Shown: piece by piece, positions 37,726-47,191 of the stretch
How positions within the stretch are numbered: position 1 is the stretch's first letter
Layout: the number at the start of each line of letters is the position of its first letter
Assembly (NCBI GenBank): GCA_964450605.1
Contig: CAYVEK010000001.1
Coordinates: 224,597 to 288,596 of the forward strand
Direction of reading: 5' to 3'
Length of the DNA: 64,000 nucleotides
From: an uncultured Candidatus Saccharibacteria bacterium
Lineage (GTDB): Bacteria; Patescibacteriota; Minisyncoccia; Phycocordibacterales; CAIZLB01
Notes under the pieces: model-generated
The model's input: only the letters and a program-made list of their open reading frames with translations
Databases searched by the model: none
What the model was told of the DNA's origin: nothing
Program-made: the position numbers and the translations under genes

Positions 37726-37787
37726 TATGTAGTATAACCTTCTGTATGATTATTGCAACATAGACACATACATATTTATGTTGCATA

Positions 37788-38669
37788 TTACCAACCACCA
37801 CTCGCACCACCTCCACCAGATGAACCACCCCCTCCTGAAAAACCTCCAAAACTTCCTCCCCCGCCCCCAGTTCCACCCATCCAAAAACCTCCCCCTCGCC
37901 GGGATTTCCAACCCTTAAATAATTTTTTACCTACAGGGCCGGATATAAACCAATCCAACAAAATACCTACAAAAATAAACCCGAACATGAAGATATTTAA
38001 GGTTATGATATATCCAATAACACCGAGTACTGCCCCAAAAATACCTCCCGCAACCACAGACTTACTCTTAGACATGAAAAACAGAAAATGAATTATTACT
38101 TGCAAGCCTATAAAAATCAAAGCAAGTACTGTTTCCATGCTAGTCTTACTACCACCGTCTTGAGTGTACACCTCTCCATTATCAAGAGTCTCTATAATCT
38201 TATCAACACCTTTTGTTATACCTTCAGCATATTTTTCAGCCACAAATTCTGGCGCGATAGTATCTCGTATAATACGACCAGCAAGTATGTCAGGTAGGAC
38301 CGGCTCAAGGCCATATCCAACTTCAATACGCATTTTGCGATCTTTAACTGCAACCAATAATAGTACCCCATTATTATTTCCTTTTGTGCCGAGACCGTTT
38401 TCATTAAAGATATTGTAAGCCTCAGTCTCCACAGTCTCACCGCTTGGAAGTTCTGGAATAGTCACCACAGCAATCTGGTCTCCTTTTTTATCCTGAAAAT
38501 CTTTTAGTTTTTGCTCAAGAACTGTCTCGACATCTGGCGTCAGAATATTTGCCTGATCAGTTACATGAGCGGAAAGCATGCCGACAGATGAAGCTTTGGC
38601 TGTGGTCCCAAAATAAGCAAACAAAAAACCACAGAAGCATATATAAACTATGTACTGCAGTTTTTTCAT
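37788..38669 (-). CDS. TPM domain protein
   Basis: VTDQANIL, QIAVVTI, RIEVGYGLE, Gly-rich GGGGASGGW tail. Confidence 0.93.
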   Translation of the reverse strand: MKKLQYIVYICFCGFLFAYFGTTAKASSVGMLSAHVTDQANILTPDVETVLEQKLKDFQDKKGDQIAVVTIPELPSGETVETEAYNIFNENGLGTKGNNNGVLLLVAVKDRKMRIEVGYGLEPVLPDILAGRIIRDTIAPEFVAEKYAEGITKGVDKIIETLDNGEVYTQDGGSKTSMETVLALIFIGLQVIIHFLFFMSKSKSVVAGGIFGAVLGVIGYIITLNIFMFGFIFVGILLDWFISGPVGKKLFKGWKSRRGGGFWMGGTGGGGGSFGGFSGGGGSSGGGGASGGW

Positions 38670-38683
38670 ACGTTTTTATATCT

Positions 38684-39238
38684 TTAGAATTTAACTTCAG
38701 GAGCTTTTTCTGATCCAGGAGCTGCTTCAAAGTATGGAGCAACATCGAAACCAAATAGTCCTGCTAAGATAGAGCCTGGGATTCGTTGTACTCGAAGGTT
38801 ATATCCTTTGATCTGGTCATTATACTTTTGTCGCTCAACAGAAACTCTATTTTCTGTTCCTTCAAGTTGAGTCATGAGATCACGTACTGTGTCACTAGAT
38901 TTTAATTGAGGATAATTTTCCATCACAACAAGAAGTCTAGATAGAGCCGACTCCACACCACTCGCAGCTGCAACTTTATCAGCTTGTGTAGATGCTCCTG
39001 CATATCGAGTTCGAGCTTCAGCAAGCGCCCCGAACACTTCTTTTTCCTGCTTCATGGCACCTTGGACAGAACTTACTAGATTTGGAATAAGATCAACTCG
39101 TCTCTGATACTGGTTTTCAACTTGAGACCACTGTGAAGTGTAAGATTCTCGAGCTGTTACAAGTCCGTTGTAAGATACCAGCATCCATAGTCCTATAATA
39201 ACTATCACTGCAATAATAATTGTTGTTGTTTTTTTCAT
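38684..39238 (-). CDS. lemA: LemA family protein
   Basis: YQRRVDLIPNLV, ENYPQLK, LEGTENRVSVER. Confidence 0.95.
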   Translation of the reverse strand: MKKTTTIIIAVIVIIGLWMLVSYNGLVTARESYTSQWSQVENQYQRRVDLIPNLVSSVQGAMKQEKEVFGALAEARTRYAGASTQADKVAAASGVESALSRLLVVMENYPQLKSSDTVRDLMTQLEGTENRVSVERQKYNDQIKGYNLRVQRIPGSILAGLFGFDVAPYFEAAPGSEKAPEVKF

Positions 39239-39258
39239 ATGGTTTGTATTATAACATG

Positions 39259-40260
39259 CTATGCAAAATAATCGATCTTCATCAACTGTTTCATCTCTTT
39301 CATGCGGGCCTCGGCGATCTTTCGCACAGCCTCAGTACTTTTAGCTATCTCTTTCATAATTTTAGGAAGATTTTTCTCAAGTTCTTCTCGTCGTGTTCGT
39401 ATTGGTCCGATAAGTTGTGTAAGCACTTCAATCAATCGCTTTTTCAAAACCACATCTCCCAATCCACCTGCTCGGTATTGTTTTTTTAGTTCTTCTACTT
39501 CTTCTTTTCTGTCATCAAATATATCAAGATATTCAAACACAACATTGCCTTCTACTTTTCCTGGATCTTGTACATGTATATGATCAGGATCAGTATACAT
39601 ACTCATAACTTTTTTAGTTATCTCTTCATCACTATCACTTAGAAAGATTGCATTGTTTAAAGATTTACTTGCTTTAGCTCCCCCATCTATACCAACAAGA
39701 CGTGGAGTATCAGATATAACCGCTTTTACTTCAGGAAAAAAATCTCCATAGATAGAGTTAAACTTTCGTCCGAGTTCATTTGTTTGTTCTATAACCGGCA
39801 ACTGATCTTCTCCTACAGGAATAGTATTTGCCCCTGCAAATAATATATCCGCAGCCTGACTTACTGGATAGGCCAGAAAACCAGCGGGCACATCTTCACC
39901 ATATCCTTTCTGTTGCATTTCTGATTTAACAGTTGGATTTCGTTTAAGTCGTGCAAGTGTTACGAGATTTAAAAAGAATACAGTTATCTCCGCTATCTCA
40001 GGTATCTGTGACTGAATAAAGAAATGCGTTTTTTTAGGATCAACACCACAAGCCAAGTTATCAAGTATAACCTCTTTTACATTTGAAGTAACTTTTTCAG
40101 GATTCTGTGCATTGTCGGTCAAAGCTTGCACATCAGCAATCATATAGAAAGCTTCGTCAGCATCTTCTTGAAGAGCGATACGATTTTTAATAGAACCAAC
40201 ATAATGACCAAGATGTAGTCTTCCTGTTGGTCTATCGCCAGTTAATACTATTTTTTTCAT
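39259..40260 (-). CDS. trpS: Tryptophan--tRNA ligase
   Basis: GDRPTGRLHLGH, YPVSQAADI, PVGEDQ, KASKS. Confidence 0.97.
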   Translation of the reverse strand: MKKIVLTGDRPTGRLHLGHYVGSIKNRIALQEDADEAFYMIADVQALTDNAQNPEKVTSNVKEVILDNLACGVDPKKTHFFIQSQIPEIAEITVFFLNLVTLARLKRNPTVKSEMQQKGYGEDVPAGFLAYPVSQAADILFAGANTIPVGEDQLPVIEQTNELGRKFNSIYGDFFPEVKAVISDTPRLVGIDGGAKASKSLNNAIFLSDSDEEITKKVMSMYTDPDHIHVQDPGKVEGNVVFEYLDIFDDRKEEVEELKKQYRAGGLGDVVLKKRLIEVLTQLIGPIRTRREELEKNLPKIMKEIAKSTEAVRKIAEARMKEMKQLMKIDYFA

Positions 40261-40277
40261 AACGTGTAGTACGTGTA

Positions 40278-41753
40278 TTATTTTTTAGGTTTTAATAATG
40301 GAAACAGAATCACATCTCGAAGGTTTGGCTGTCCTGTAAGGAGAGCTATAACTCGTTCTATACCCATACCCCAGCCTGACATCGGTGGCATACCGTGTTC
40401 CATAGCTTCAACAAATTCATCATCTTTTTCCATAGCTTCTTCATCACCCCCTTCTCGGTATTCTGCTTGTTTTTTAAATCGTTCTGCCTGATCAACTGGA
40501 TCAACAAGCTCACTGTATGCGTTTACTATCTCCCAACCATTAAGCACAAGCTGAAAACGATCTGTTACAGCAGGGTTGTCATCATTTTTACGAGCAAGCG
40601 GAGAAATGTCGATAGGGTGATGTGTTAAAAATGTAGGCCGAACAAGTTTTGGTCGAGAAACTTTTTTGTATAATGAGTCGATCATATTTCCACGACCAAG
40701 CGTGTCGATATCATCTATCTGAACACCTAGTTTTTGAATAGCAGACTTAAGCTCTTCAGTTGTAGGATACGCGTCGATATCAAGTCCTGAATCAGCCAGG
40801 ATAAGTTCCTTAAATGTTTTTCGATCCCATGGAGGAGTTAGATCAACTGATATCATTTCACCATCACGGTTTGGAATGGTGATATTCATTGTTCCCTTAA
40901 GTTTACTGATAATCTCAACAAACATCTCCTCGGTAAACTTCATATTGTCCTCAAAATCCCAGTATGATGCATAGTGCTCAACCATAGTAAACTCTTGAAG
41001 ATGACTTGCATCCATTCCTTCATTTCTAAATACTCGCGCAACCTCAAACACACGGTCAAAACCACCGGTGATAGCTTCTTTTAGATAGATCTCCGGCGCG
41101 ATACGCATATATACATCGAGATCAAGCGCGTTGTAATGAGTCTTGAACGGTTTTGCAAGAGCACCTGAGGCAGAAACTTGAAGAACAGGGGTATCTACTT
41201 CCACAAAGTTATGTTTTGCATAAAAATTACGAAGCTCTCGTATAAAATCAGATCGAAACTTGAAACGAGCCATAGTTTCTTCATTACTTATAAGATCGAG
41301 ATATCGTTTTCGATACGCAGTTTCTTGATCTGTAAGTCCATGCCATTTTTCAGGAAGTGGACGAATGGCTTTACTCAAAAAAGTACACTCTTTTACAAGT
41401 ACAGATATCTCACCTTTTTGAGTCGTAAACATCTCACCTGTCACTCCGATAAAGTCTGCTAGTTGTATAACGTCAAGTGCCTTGTCAAATGCCTCCTGCC
41501 CCATAACATCAACTTTAAAAACAACCTGTAATTTGCCTGTAAAATCCTGCAACTGGGCAAAAGCCAGCTTGCCCATATTTCGCAAAAGGACGATACGCCC
41601 TGCCACAGTCACTGTAGAGTCCATAGGAGAGTTTTTAGCCTCATTGAGCATGTGAGTACGTTTGAACTTACCAGCATATGGTTGGAGCCCTTGAGCCCTC
41701 ATATTTTCTAAAGCTTTGATACGATCAAGTCGCTCGTCTATGGATTCTGTCAT
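40278..41753 (-). CDS. lysS: Lysine--tRNA ligase (class II)
   Basis: LPEKWHGL, RIAPEIYLK, FRNEG, GMGIER. Confidence 0.97.
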   Translation of the reverse strand: MTESIDERLDRIKALENMRAQGLQPYAGKFKRTHMLNEAKNSPMDSTVTVAGRIVLLRNMGKLAFAQLQDFTGKLQVVFKVDVMGQEAFDKALDVIQLADFIGVTGEMFTTQKGEISVLVKECTFLSKAIRPLPEKWHGLTDQETAYRKRYLDLISNEETMARFKFRSDFIRELRNFYAKHNFVEVDTPVLQVSASGALAKPFKTHYNALDLDVYMRIAPEIYLKEAITGGFDRVFEVARVFRNEGMDASHLQEFTMVEHYASYWDFEDNMKFTEEMFVEIISKLKGTMNITIPNRDGEMISVDLTPPWDRKTFKELILADSGLDIDAYPTTEELKSAIQKLGVQIDDIDTLGRGNMIDSLYKKVSRPKLVRPTFLTHHPIDISPLARKNDDNPAVTDRFQLVLNGWEIVNAYSELVDPVDQAERFKKQAEYREGGDEEAMEKDDEFVEAMEHGMPPMSGWGMGIERVIALLTGQPNLRDVILFPLLKPKK

Positions 41754-41834
41754 AATGGTGGTTATTGTAGCATGTTTTTTGGGGTTTTTAAATGGAAAAA
41801 TTTTACTATTATTGTTATGCTATAATAGCGATAT

Positions 41835-42431
41835 ATGCTTGATAAAACCCTTGTATTCCTCAAATTACTTAGAGATTTTGAAAAAGTTGAAAGAATATTA
41901 TTTCGTCGAGATGGCGACAGGGCTGAAAATGATGTCGAACACTCTTATCAAGTTGCAATGATGAGCTGGTTTCTGTCAGAACAATTTAAATTACCATTAT
42001 CTCAAGAAAAACTTTTGAAGTACGGATTAGTACATGATTTAGTTGAAGTATATGCTGGGGACACGCCTGTTTTTTTAAAAAATCACATAGGAACAAATAC
42101 ACATTTTACTAAAAAAGAACGTGAGGCTCGAGCACTTATACATCTTAAAAAAGAATTTTCACATTTTGATGACTTCATAGAAACAATCGAATCCTATGAA
42201 TCAAAAAAAGATGATGAGTCTGTATTCATATATGAATTGGATAAAATCCTACCACCTCTCAATGCTTATTTAGATAATGGTCATGGTTGGAATAAATTTA
42301 ACATAACCCTAGAAGAAATAAGTACAGAGAAACGTAATAAAGTAAAAAATAGCAAAGAACTAATCCAACTACTTGAGGAAATGCTAGGTAGATTTGAAAA
42401 TGAAAAAGATAGATTGTTTACATCAAAATAA
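41835..42431 (+). CDS. HD-domain phosphohydrolase (HD_3/YfbR-like)
   Basis: ENDVEHSY, VHDLVEVYAGD, LDK motifs. Confidence 0.9.
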   Translation: MLDKTLVFLKLLRDFEKVERILFRRDGDRAENDVEHSYQVAMMSWFLSEQFKLPLSQEKLLKYGLVHDLVEVYAGDTPVFLKNHIGTNTHFTKKEREARALIHLKKEFSHFDDFIETIESYESKKDDESVFIYELDKILPPLNAYLDNGHGWNKFNITLEEISTEKRNKVKNSKELIQLLEEMLGRFENEKDRLFTSK

Positions 42432-42436
42432 TTAAT

Positions 42437-42991
42437 CTAAAATTTAATTTTTCCAGAATCGATATCTTCACGTATTGCCTTAAGACAGTCTTCAAAATCT
42501 CCTTGAATAAGTCTACCTTCACTATCAGTCATACCGCACTGCATCATTAGATTTATGGATGTGTGATAATCATCTATGACAGCATATCCATCGATATCTA
42601 TATATAATTTATGCTTCTCGTCAAATTTTGTTGGGTAATTTTCAATGGTCTTGTTTTTAAGCTTATCCATATTTGAAACATATCCGTACAAGACTTTGCC
42701 CAAAGCTTTACCATAACCTAACTCATACGCAGTTCCATCATCCATAACACATTTACTACGAAAAGTATTACAATTTGCAATAATAATGTCAGCTTGTTCA
42801 ATTTGAATTATATTGGATCTGTAGATTTTTGTTGCAGTATCATAATCTTTATCTCCAAAATCTATCGTATTATCCATCGGATGCAGTGCTGTAAAATTAT
42901 ATTTTTCACACAGCTGTTTTTGAAATTGAGCATGTTCAATTGCGTTTGGTAAAAAAACTTCTGGACCAGCTAAATAAAGTTTAGGTTTCAT
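42437..42991 (-). CDS. Nucleoside 2-deoxyribosyltransferase-like N-glycosidase
   Basis: YLAGPEVF, ADIIIAN, DDGTAYELGY, NLMM motifs. Confidence 0.9.
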   Translation of the reverse strand: MKPKLYLAGPEVFLPNAIEHAQFQKQLCEKYNFTALHPMDNTIDFGDKDYDTATKIYRSNIIQIEQADIIIANCNTFRSKCVMDDGTAYELGYGKALGKVLYGYVSNMDKLKNKTIENYPTKFDEKHKLYIDIDGYAVIDDYHTSINLMMQCGMTDSEGRLIQGDFEDCLKAIREDIDSGKIKF

Positions 42992-43021
42992 TGTTAGTAC
43001 AATATAATATTTATTAACGCT

Positions 43022-44632
43022 CTAAAACCTCTTCTCCTTCAACTCCACAACAAACGTAGACCCCTTTCCTTCACCTTCTGATTCGGCCCAGATTTTACCC
43101 TCAAAAGCCTCAACCATCATCTTGGCAACATAGAGACCGAGTCCTGTTCCGAGTATATTTGTCTCTGAAGCATTTTCCGCTCGAGAAAACTTGGCAAACA
43201 GTTTAGGCATAGTAAGTGGTGCAATGCCTACTCCTGTATCTTTTATTTCCAAACGAATCTTTTTATCTGTAGTTTCAAACAAATGAATATGAATAGATCC
43301 TTTAGGGGTGTACTTCACAGCGTTATCAATCAAGTTTAATATAACCTGTTTTAGTTTTGGACCATCAGCTTTTATATGCCACCATGCATTTGCCTGTTCA
43401 TCAGCTGATATCTTTGGAAGATTAACTTTACACACAAGTTTTGCGCGCTCTATAGACGGAGTGAGCTCTTTTACACAAGTTTCAATAAGTGCGCGTATAT
43501 CAACATCTGTAAACTCATACTTCATACGACCCTGCTCAATACGAGTCACATCGAGGTAGTCATTTACCACACGTACAAGCGTATTACATGAATCCATCAT
43601 AATATGAGCAGCCTCTTCTGCAGGTTTGGGCAGTTTACCAAAATCACCATCAAGCAACATGGCGCTATATCCTTTGATAGATGTGAGTGGTCCACGAATT
43701 TGATGAGATGCGAGTGATACGAATTCTGTTTTCTCAGCTGAGATTCGGGCGAGTTCGGAGTTTTTCTTCGTAAGCTCGATTTCTTTTTCCGCAAGTTCGT
43801 CTTTGGTTTTTATTTCTTTTTTAACACTTCGAATAAACAAAATACTGAATATAGAAACAATTGCCAAAATCAAAGAACGAAATAGCAGCAATCTGTTACT
43901 TGTTGCTAATACAACTTCTATAAATGAAACCAAAATAAGACCAGAAGTAAACAACTGTGCAACAACCACCTTTGGACTGAGAAGTTTGTGGCGAACCACT
44001 CCATAGACCATGATAACAACGTATCCGACTACGATATAGTTTCCAAACGGATATATGTTAAACACTTGAGGAAAAAAGTTTGTACTACCAGCAATAAAAC
44101 CAACGAGTCCTGCATAAATAGTATTTTTTAACTGCGAAGAGTAGCTACTTGCAACTTGTGTTTTTTTAAGTGCGACAATAATATGAGCAATACTAATAAT
44201 AACAACAAGTGCAAAAAATATTGGAAATATTATATACAGAGGACCTGGTTCTACCCAATAGAAATCAAATATGCGACCGACCCCTGTTTTAAACCAAGAC
44301 GTTACACTTAAGGCTGTTATAATACCTGTTGCAACATACAACACCCGCAATGTATATGATTTTTTATATCTCAACAAGGCTGCGATAAAAGCAAAATATG
44401 TTGCGGGAATCCATATCGCTGAGACATCGAGAATATATTGCCATATCAAAGCTGTTTTTTCACTAAACGTATTCGTTATCTGAAACAATGAAAAACTCCA
44501 AATCGCAAATGGTATTGAAAAATAGAACCAGGCTCTATTTACCCTATTTGTACGATCTGCCTGATAAGTAATAACACTGAACATCAGTGTTGTTAATGTA
44601 AGAATTAAACTCGAAAGACTAAACGGTGACAT
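43022..44632 (-). CDS. Sensor histidine kinase with multi-TM (7TM-type) N-terminal domain
   Basis: ASHQIRGPL H-box, NLIDNAVKY, DTGVG, GTGLGL; no response regulator adjacent. Confidence 0.93.
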   Translation of the reverse strand: MSPFSLSSLILTLTTLMFSVITYQADRTNRVNRAWFYFSIPFAIWSFSLFQITNTFSEKTALIWQYILDVSAIWIPATYFAFIAALLRYKKSYTLRVLYVATGIITALSVTSWFKTGVGRIFDFYWVEPGPLYIIFPIFFALVVIISIAHIIVALKKTQVASSYSSQLKNTIYAGLVGFIAGSTNFFPQVFNIYPFGNYIVVGYVVIMVYGVVRHKLLSPKVVVAQLFTSGLILVSFIEVVLATSNRLLLFRSLILAIVSIFSILFIRSVKKEIKTKDELAEKEIELTKKNSELARISAEKTEFVSLASHQIRGPLTSIKGYSAMLLDGDFGKLPKPAEEAAHIMMDSCNTLVRVVNDYLDVTRIEQGRMKYEFTDVDIRALIETCVKELTPSIERAKLVCKVNLPKISADEQANAWWHIKADGPKLKQVILNLIDNAVKYTPKGSIHIHLFETTDKKIRLEIKDTGVGIAPLTMPKLFAKFSRAENASETNILGTGLGLYVAKMMVEAFEGKIWAESEGEGKGSTFVVELKEKRF

Positions 44633-44640
44633 ACGTGTTT

Positions 44641-45330
44641 TTATTGTATCACAGTTGCCTTTCTTGTCTCATAATGTGGATACACCTTACCAGAAAGAAC
44701 CTCTATTTGTGCCATAACAGCCTCAGTTACTTCAAGTAAAATCTTTTCATCCTTATGCTTACCGTAATGCATTTCAAAATACATAGGCTCACCAACTTCT
44801 ATATCAACAAGTTTTTTGAGCTTTGGAACTTTTTCATGTCTATTCTGAATAGCATGGGCCCCTTTTATACCTACTGGAATAATAGGAACTTTATGCTCCA
44901 ACGCATATCTAGCAACACCAGTAAACGCCTTTAACATTTCCGTCTCTGAAGGAGACCTTGTTCCTTCTGGAAAAATACCTATTAACTGTTTTTTAGATAA
45001 ATGATCTTTTACAGAGGCATGAACACGACTCTTATCTTCAGCATGTCTTTCAACTTTTATCTGACCTGTAAGTCTCATGAGAATATTCCAAAGCGGATGT
45101 TTAAAAAACTTTTCAGCTGATAAAAAATGAATATTTCTTTTTGAAACAGCGACGAGACACAAGAAATCAAAAAAGCTTTGATGATTTGCCGCTATCAAAG
45201 CTCCGTGTTTATGTTTTTTAATATGATGAATATTTTTATGACTTTTCACCCAAACAAGACGGATAATAGGACCGAGCACCATTCGGGTAAAGAAATAACT
45301 GATTTTTATGGGTAGACTGTGGGTTTTCAT
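44641..45330 (-). CDS. Lysophospholipid acyltransferase (PlsC family)
   Basis: ANHQSFFD, FPEGTRS. Confidence 0.9.
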   Translation of the reverse strand: MKTHSLPIKISYFFTRMVLGPIIRLVWVKSHKNIHHIKKHKHGALIAANHQSFFDFLCLVAVSKRNIHFLSAEKFFKHPLWNILMRLTGQIKVERHAEDKSRVHASVKDHLSKKQLIGIFPEGTRSPSETEMLKAFTGVARYALEHKVPIIPVGIKGAHAIQNRHEKVPKLKKLVDIEVGEPMYFEMHYGKHKDEKILLEVTEAVMAQIEVLSGKVYPHYETRKATVIQ

Positions 45331-45366
45331 AGTTGTATAGATTAAGTCTATATCATTTTAGATTTA

Positions 45367-45999
45367 TTACAAAATCTTCCACCCTTGTTTTATGGCGGTT
45401 TTTTTTAGAGACTTTGTCGGATCAACAACTATTGGATACGTAGTTTTAGACAATATAGGAATATCAGAATGATGATCTGAGTACCCATATGAATTTGTAA
45501 AATCATACCCTGAGAGTTTTTCTATTTTTTCATGACCATAGTTTGGCTTACCATTTAAACCACCTGTATACACACCATCTTTATGATCGAGCTTCGTACA
45601 AGTATATGTTGGGATATTAAAGTATAAAGCAGCATTTTTTGCCATAGGCTCAAACGCTGCAGTTATAAGAACAATAATGTCTGCTTTTGATTGATGGTTT
45701 CTTAGTGCATAAACAGCTTTTTGATTTTCTATTTTAGGAAATGTTTCCTCTACAAATTTTTTGGTAAAAATATCTATTTCTTGTACAGAATGACCTTTAA
45801 ATGACTGAGCTGCGAATGTATAGATTTTATCTAAAATCTTTTTGGGAACAAGGTGAAGTTTATAGAAAACAAAAAATACATACAAAACCCAATAACGAAC
45901 ACTAGATAATAAACCTGCTTGTTTTAATTCTGCAAGTAATAAAGACTGGCTTTGTTTAGTGATCAGTGTTTTATCCAAATCGAAAAAGACGTTTGACAT
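45367..45999 (-). CDS. HAD-IB family hydrolase
   Basis: FFDLDKTL, ITAA, YSDHHSDIP. Confidence 0.9.
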   Translation of the reverse strand: MSNVFFDLDKTLITKQSQSLLLAELKQAGLLSSVRYWVLYVFFVFYKLHLVPKKILDKIYTFAAQSFKGHSVQEIDIFTKKFVEETFPKIENQKAVYALRNHQSKADIIVLITAAFEPMAKNAALYFNIPTYTCTKLDHKDGVYTGGLNGKPNYGHEKIEKLSGYDFTNSYGYSDHHSDIPILSKTTYPIVVDPTKSLKKTAIKQGWKIL

Positions 46000-46013
46000 G
46001 TTTATATATATTA

Positions 46014-46466
46014 TCACAACCCAACCCGACACACCTCATCAAACTCCCCTTCCGTCACTGGAGTTATAGACAGCCTCGACCCTTTTTCCAACACTCTCAT
46101 CTTTTTCAACTTCTGATTTTTCTTCATATCTTCAAGCGAAACAGGTTTTTTAAACGTCTTCACATATCGAACATCAACACATTCCCATATAGGATTTTCT
46201 TTTGTTGCTCGAGGATCATAATGCTCATCTTTCGGATCTTGAGCTGAAAGATCTGGGTGTGCACGTTTACATACTTTTGCAAGACCGTAGACTCCTGAAG
46301 GTTTTGCATTTGAATGATAAAACAAAACCATGTCACCTATATCCATGCTTTTCATATAGTTTCGTGCTTGAAAATTGCGGACACCACTCCATGATGTTGT
46401 TTTGTCTTTTTTGAGTTGATCTATGGGATAACAATCTCCTTCTGATTTCATGAGCCAGTAGTTCAT
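46014..46466 (-). CDS. EVE domain protein
   Basis: YWLMKSE, WSGVRNFQARN, FYHS, SRLSITPV. Confidence 0.95.
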   Translation of the reverse strand: MNYWLMKSEGDCYPIDQLKKDKTTSWSGVRNFQARNYMKSMDIGDMVLFYHSNAKPSGVYGLAKVCKRAHPDLSAQDPKDEHYDPRATKENPIWECVDVRYVKTFKKPVSLEDMKKNQKLKKMRVLEKGSRLSITPVTEGEFDEVCRVGL

Positions 46467-47002
46467 GGGTTGTATTTTAGCATACGGACCAATCTCTGGC
46501 AGAGTAGTAAATTTGCAATATTTGACAGTGACACATCAGGATGTATAATACAAATACAATTGTCGTATATAAATGACGACGCCGTAAAAAAGTCTTTAGG
46601 AGCAGATCCTGAGGGCTTTTTGAGTTTTAATATTGAAATAAGACGATCTTTTAATAAATCAAACAAATCTAGAGAAATTTGTTTCCCCTTTTTTCTATTT
46701 AGACGCTTTGTACTAATAAGTCTTATTTGAGAGAGAATAAAAGTTGAACAATGCTCACTCGAATAATACGTGTATTGTCCTTGTTTAGGTTTGCTACTCA
46801 TTGGAATAACTAATACAGCATTATTGTTAAATTTTTTAAAAATCAAAACAGGTCTTTCGTATAAATTTCCTTTTCCATCTTGCTCTTGGCCTATATTTAT
46901 ACCTAAAGAACACCACCATATCTCTCTTTCTTGAACATGGATGCTCTGTGACTTTTGTTCTATTATATTTTTCTTTTTATTCCAAGTATCAAAATCTTTC
47001 AC
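46463..47002 (-). CDS. PemK/MazF-like toxin (GTG start), no protein antitoxin adjacent
   Basis: KDFDTWN..KK, EREIWWCSLGINIGQEQDGK, RPVLI, IPMSS, LSQIRLISTKRL. Confidence 0.88.
   Translation of the reverse strand: MKDFDTWNKKKNIIEQKSQSIHVQEREIWWCSLGINIGQEQDGKGNLYERPVLIFKKFNNNAVLVIPMSSKPKQGQYTYYSSEHCSTFILSQIRLISTKRLNRKKGKQISLDLFDLLKDRLISILKLKKPSGSAPKDFFTASSFIYDNCICIIHPDVSLSNIANLLLCQRLVRMLKYNP
46556..46621 (+). ncRNA. Candidate antisense sRNA overlapping the toxin 3' end
   Basis: Consensus TTGACA(46522-46527)-16-TATAAT(46544-46549); hairpin 46560-46579; terminator 46586-46621 with G-U pairs on plus strand. Confidence 0.65.
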
Positions 47003-47100
47003 TTCATAAAAGTAGCACTTTGAGGTTAAAGAAAAACCGAAGAATAGATAAGTTTTACCCTTTTGCCTAAAGGTCTTTTTTCTGATATAATAGCGAGTAT

Positions 47101-47171
47101 TGCCAGATCGTCTAACGGTAGGACAGAGGCCTTTGAAGCCTTTAATCTTGGTTCGATTCCAAGTCTGGCAA
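47101..47171 (+). tRNA. tRNA-Gln(TTG)
   Basis: tgccaga/tctggca acceptor, gaggc-ctTTGaa-gcctt anticodon arm, cttgg-ttcgatt-ccaag T arm; CCA not encoded. Confidence 0.95.
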
Positions 47172-47191
47172 CAATTTGGAAAAAGTTTCTG

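Noticed and set aside
37753-38091. Proline-rich 112-aa ORF
   Set aside because: Antisense shadow of the Gly-rich TPM tail
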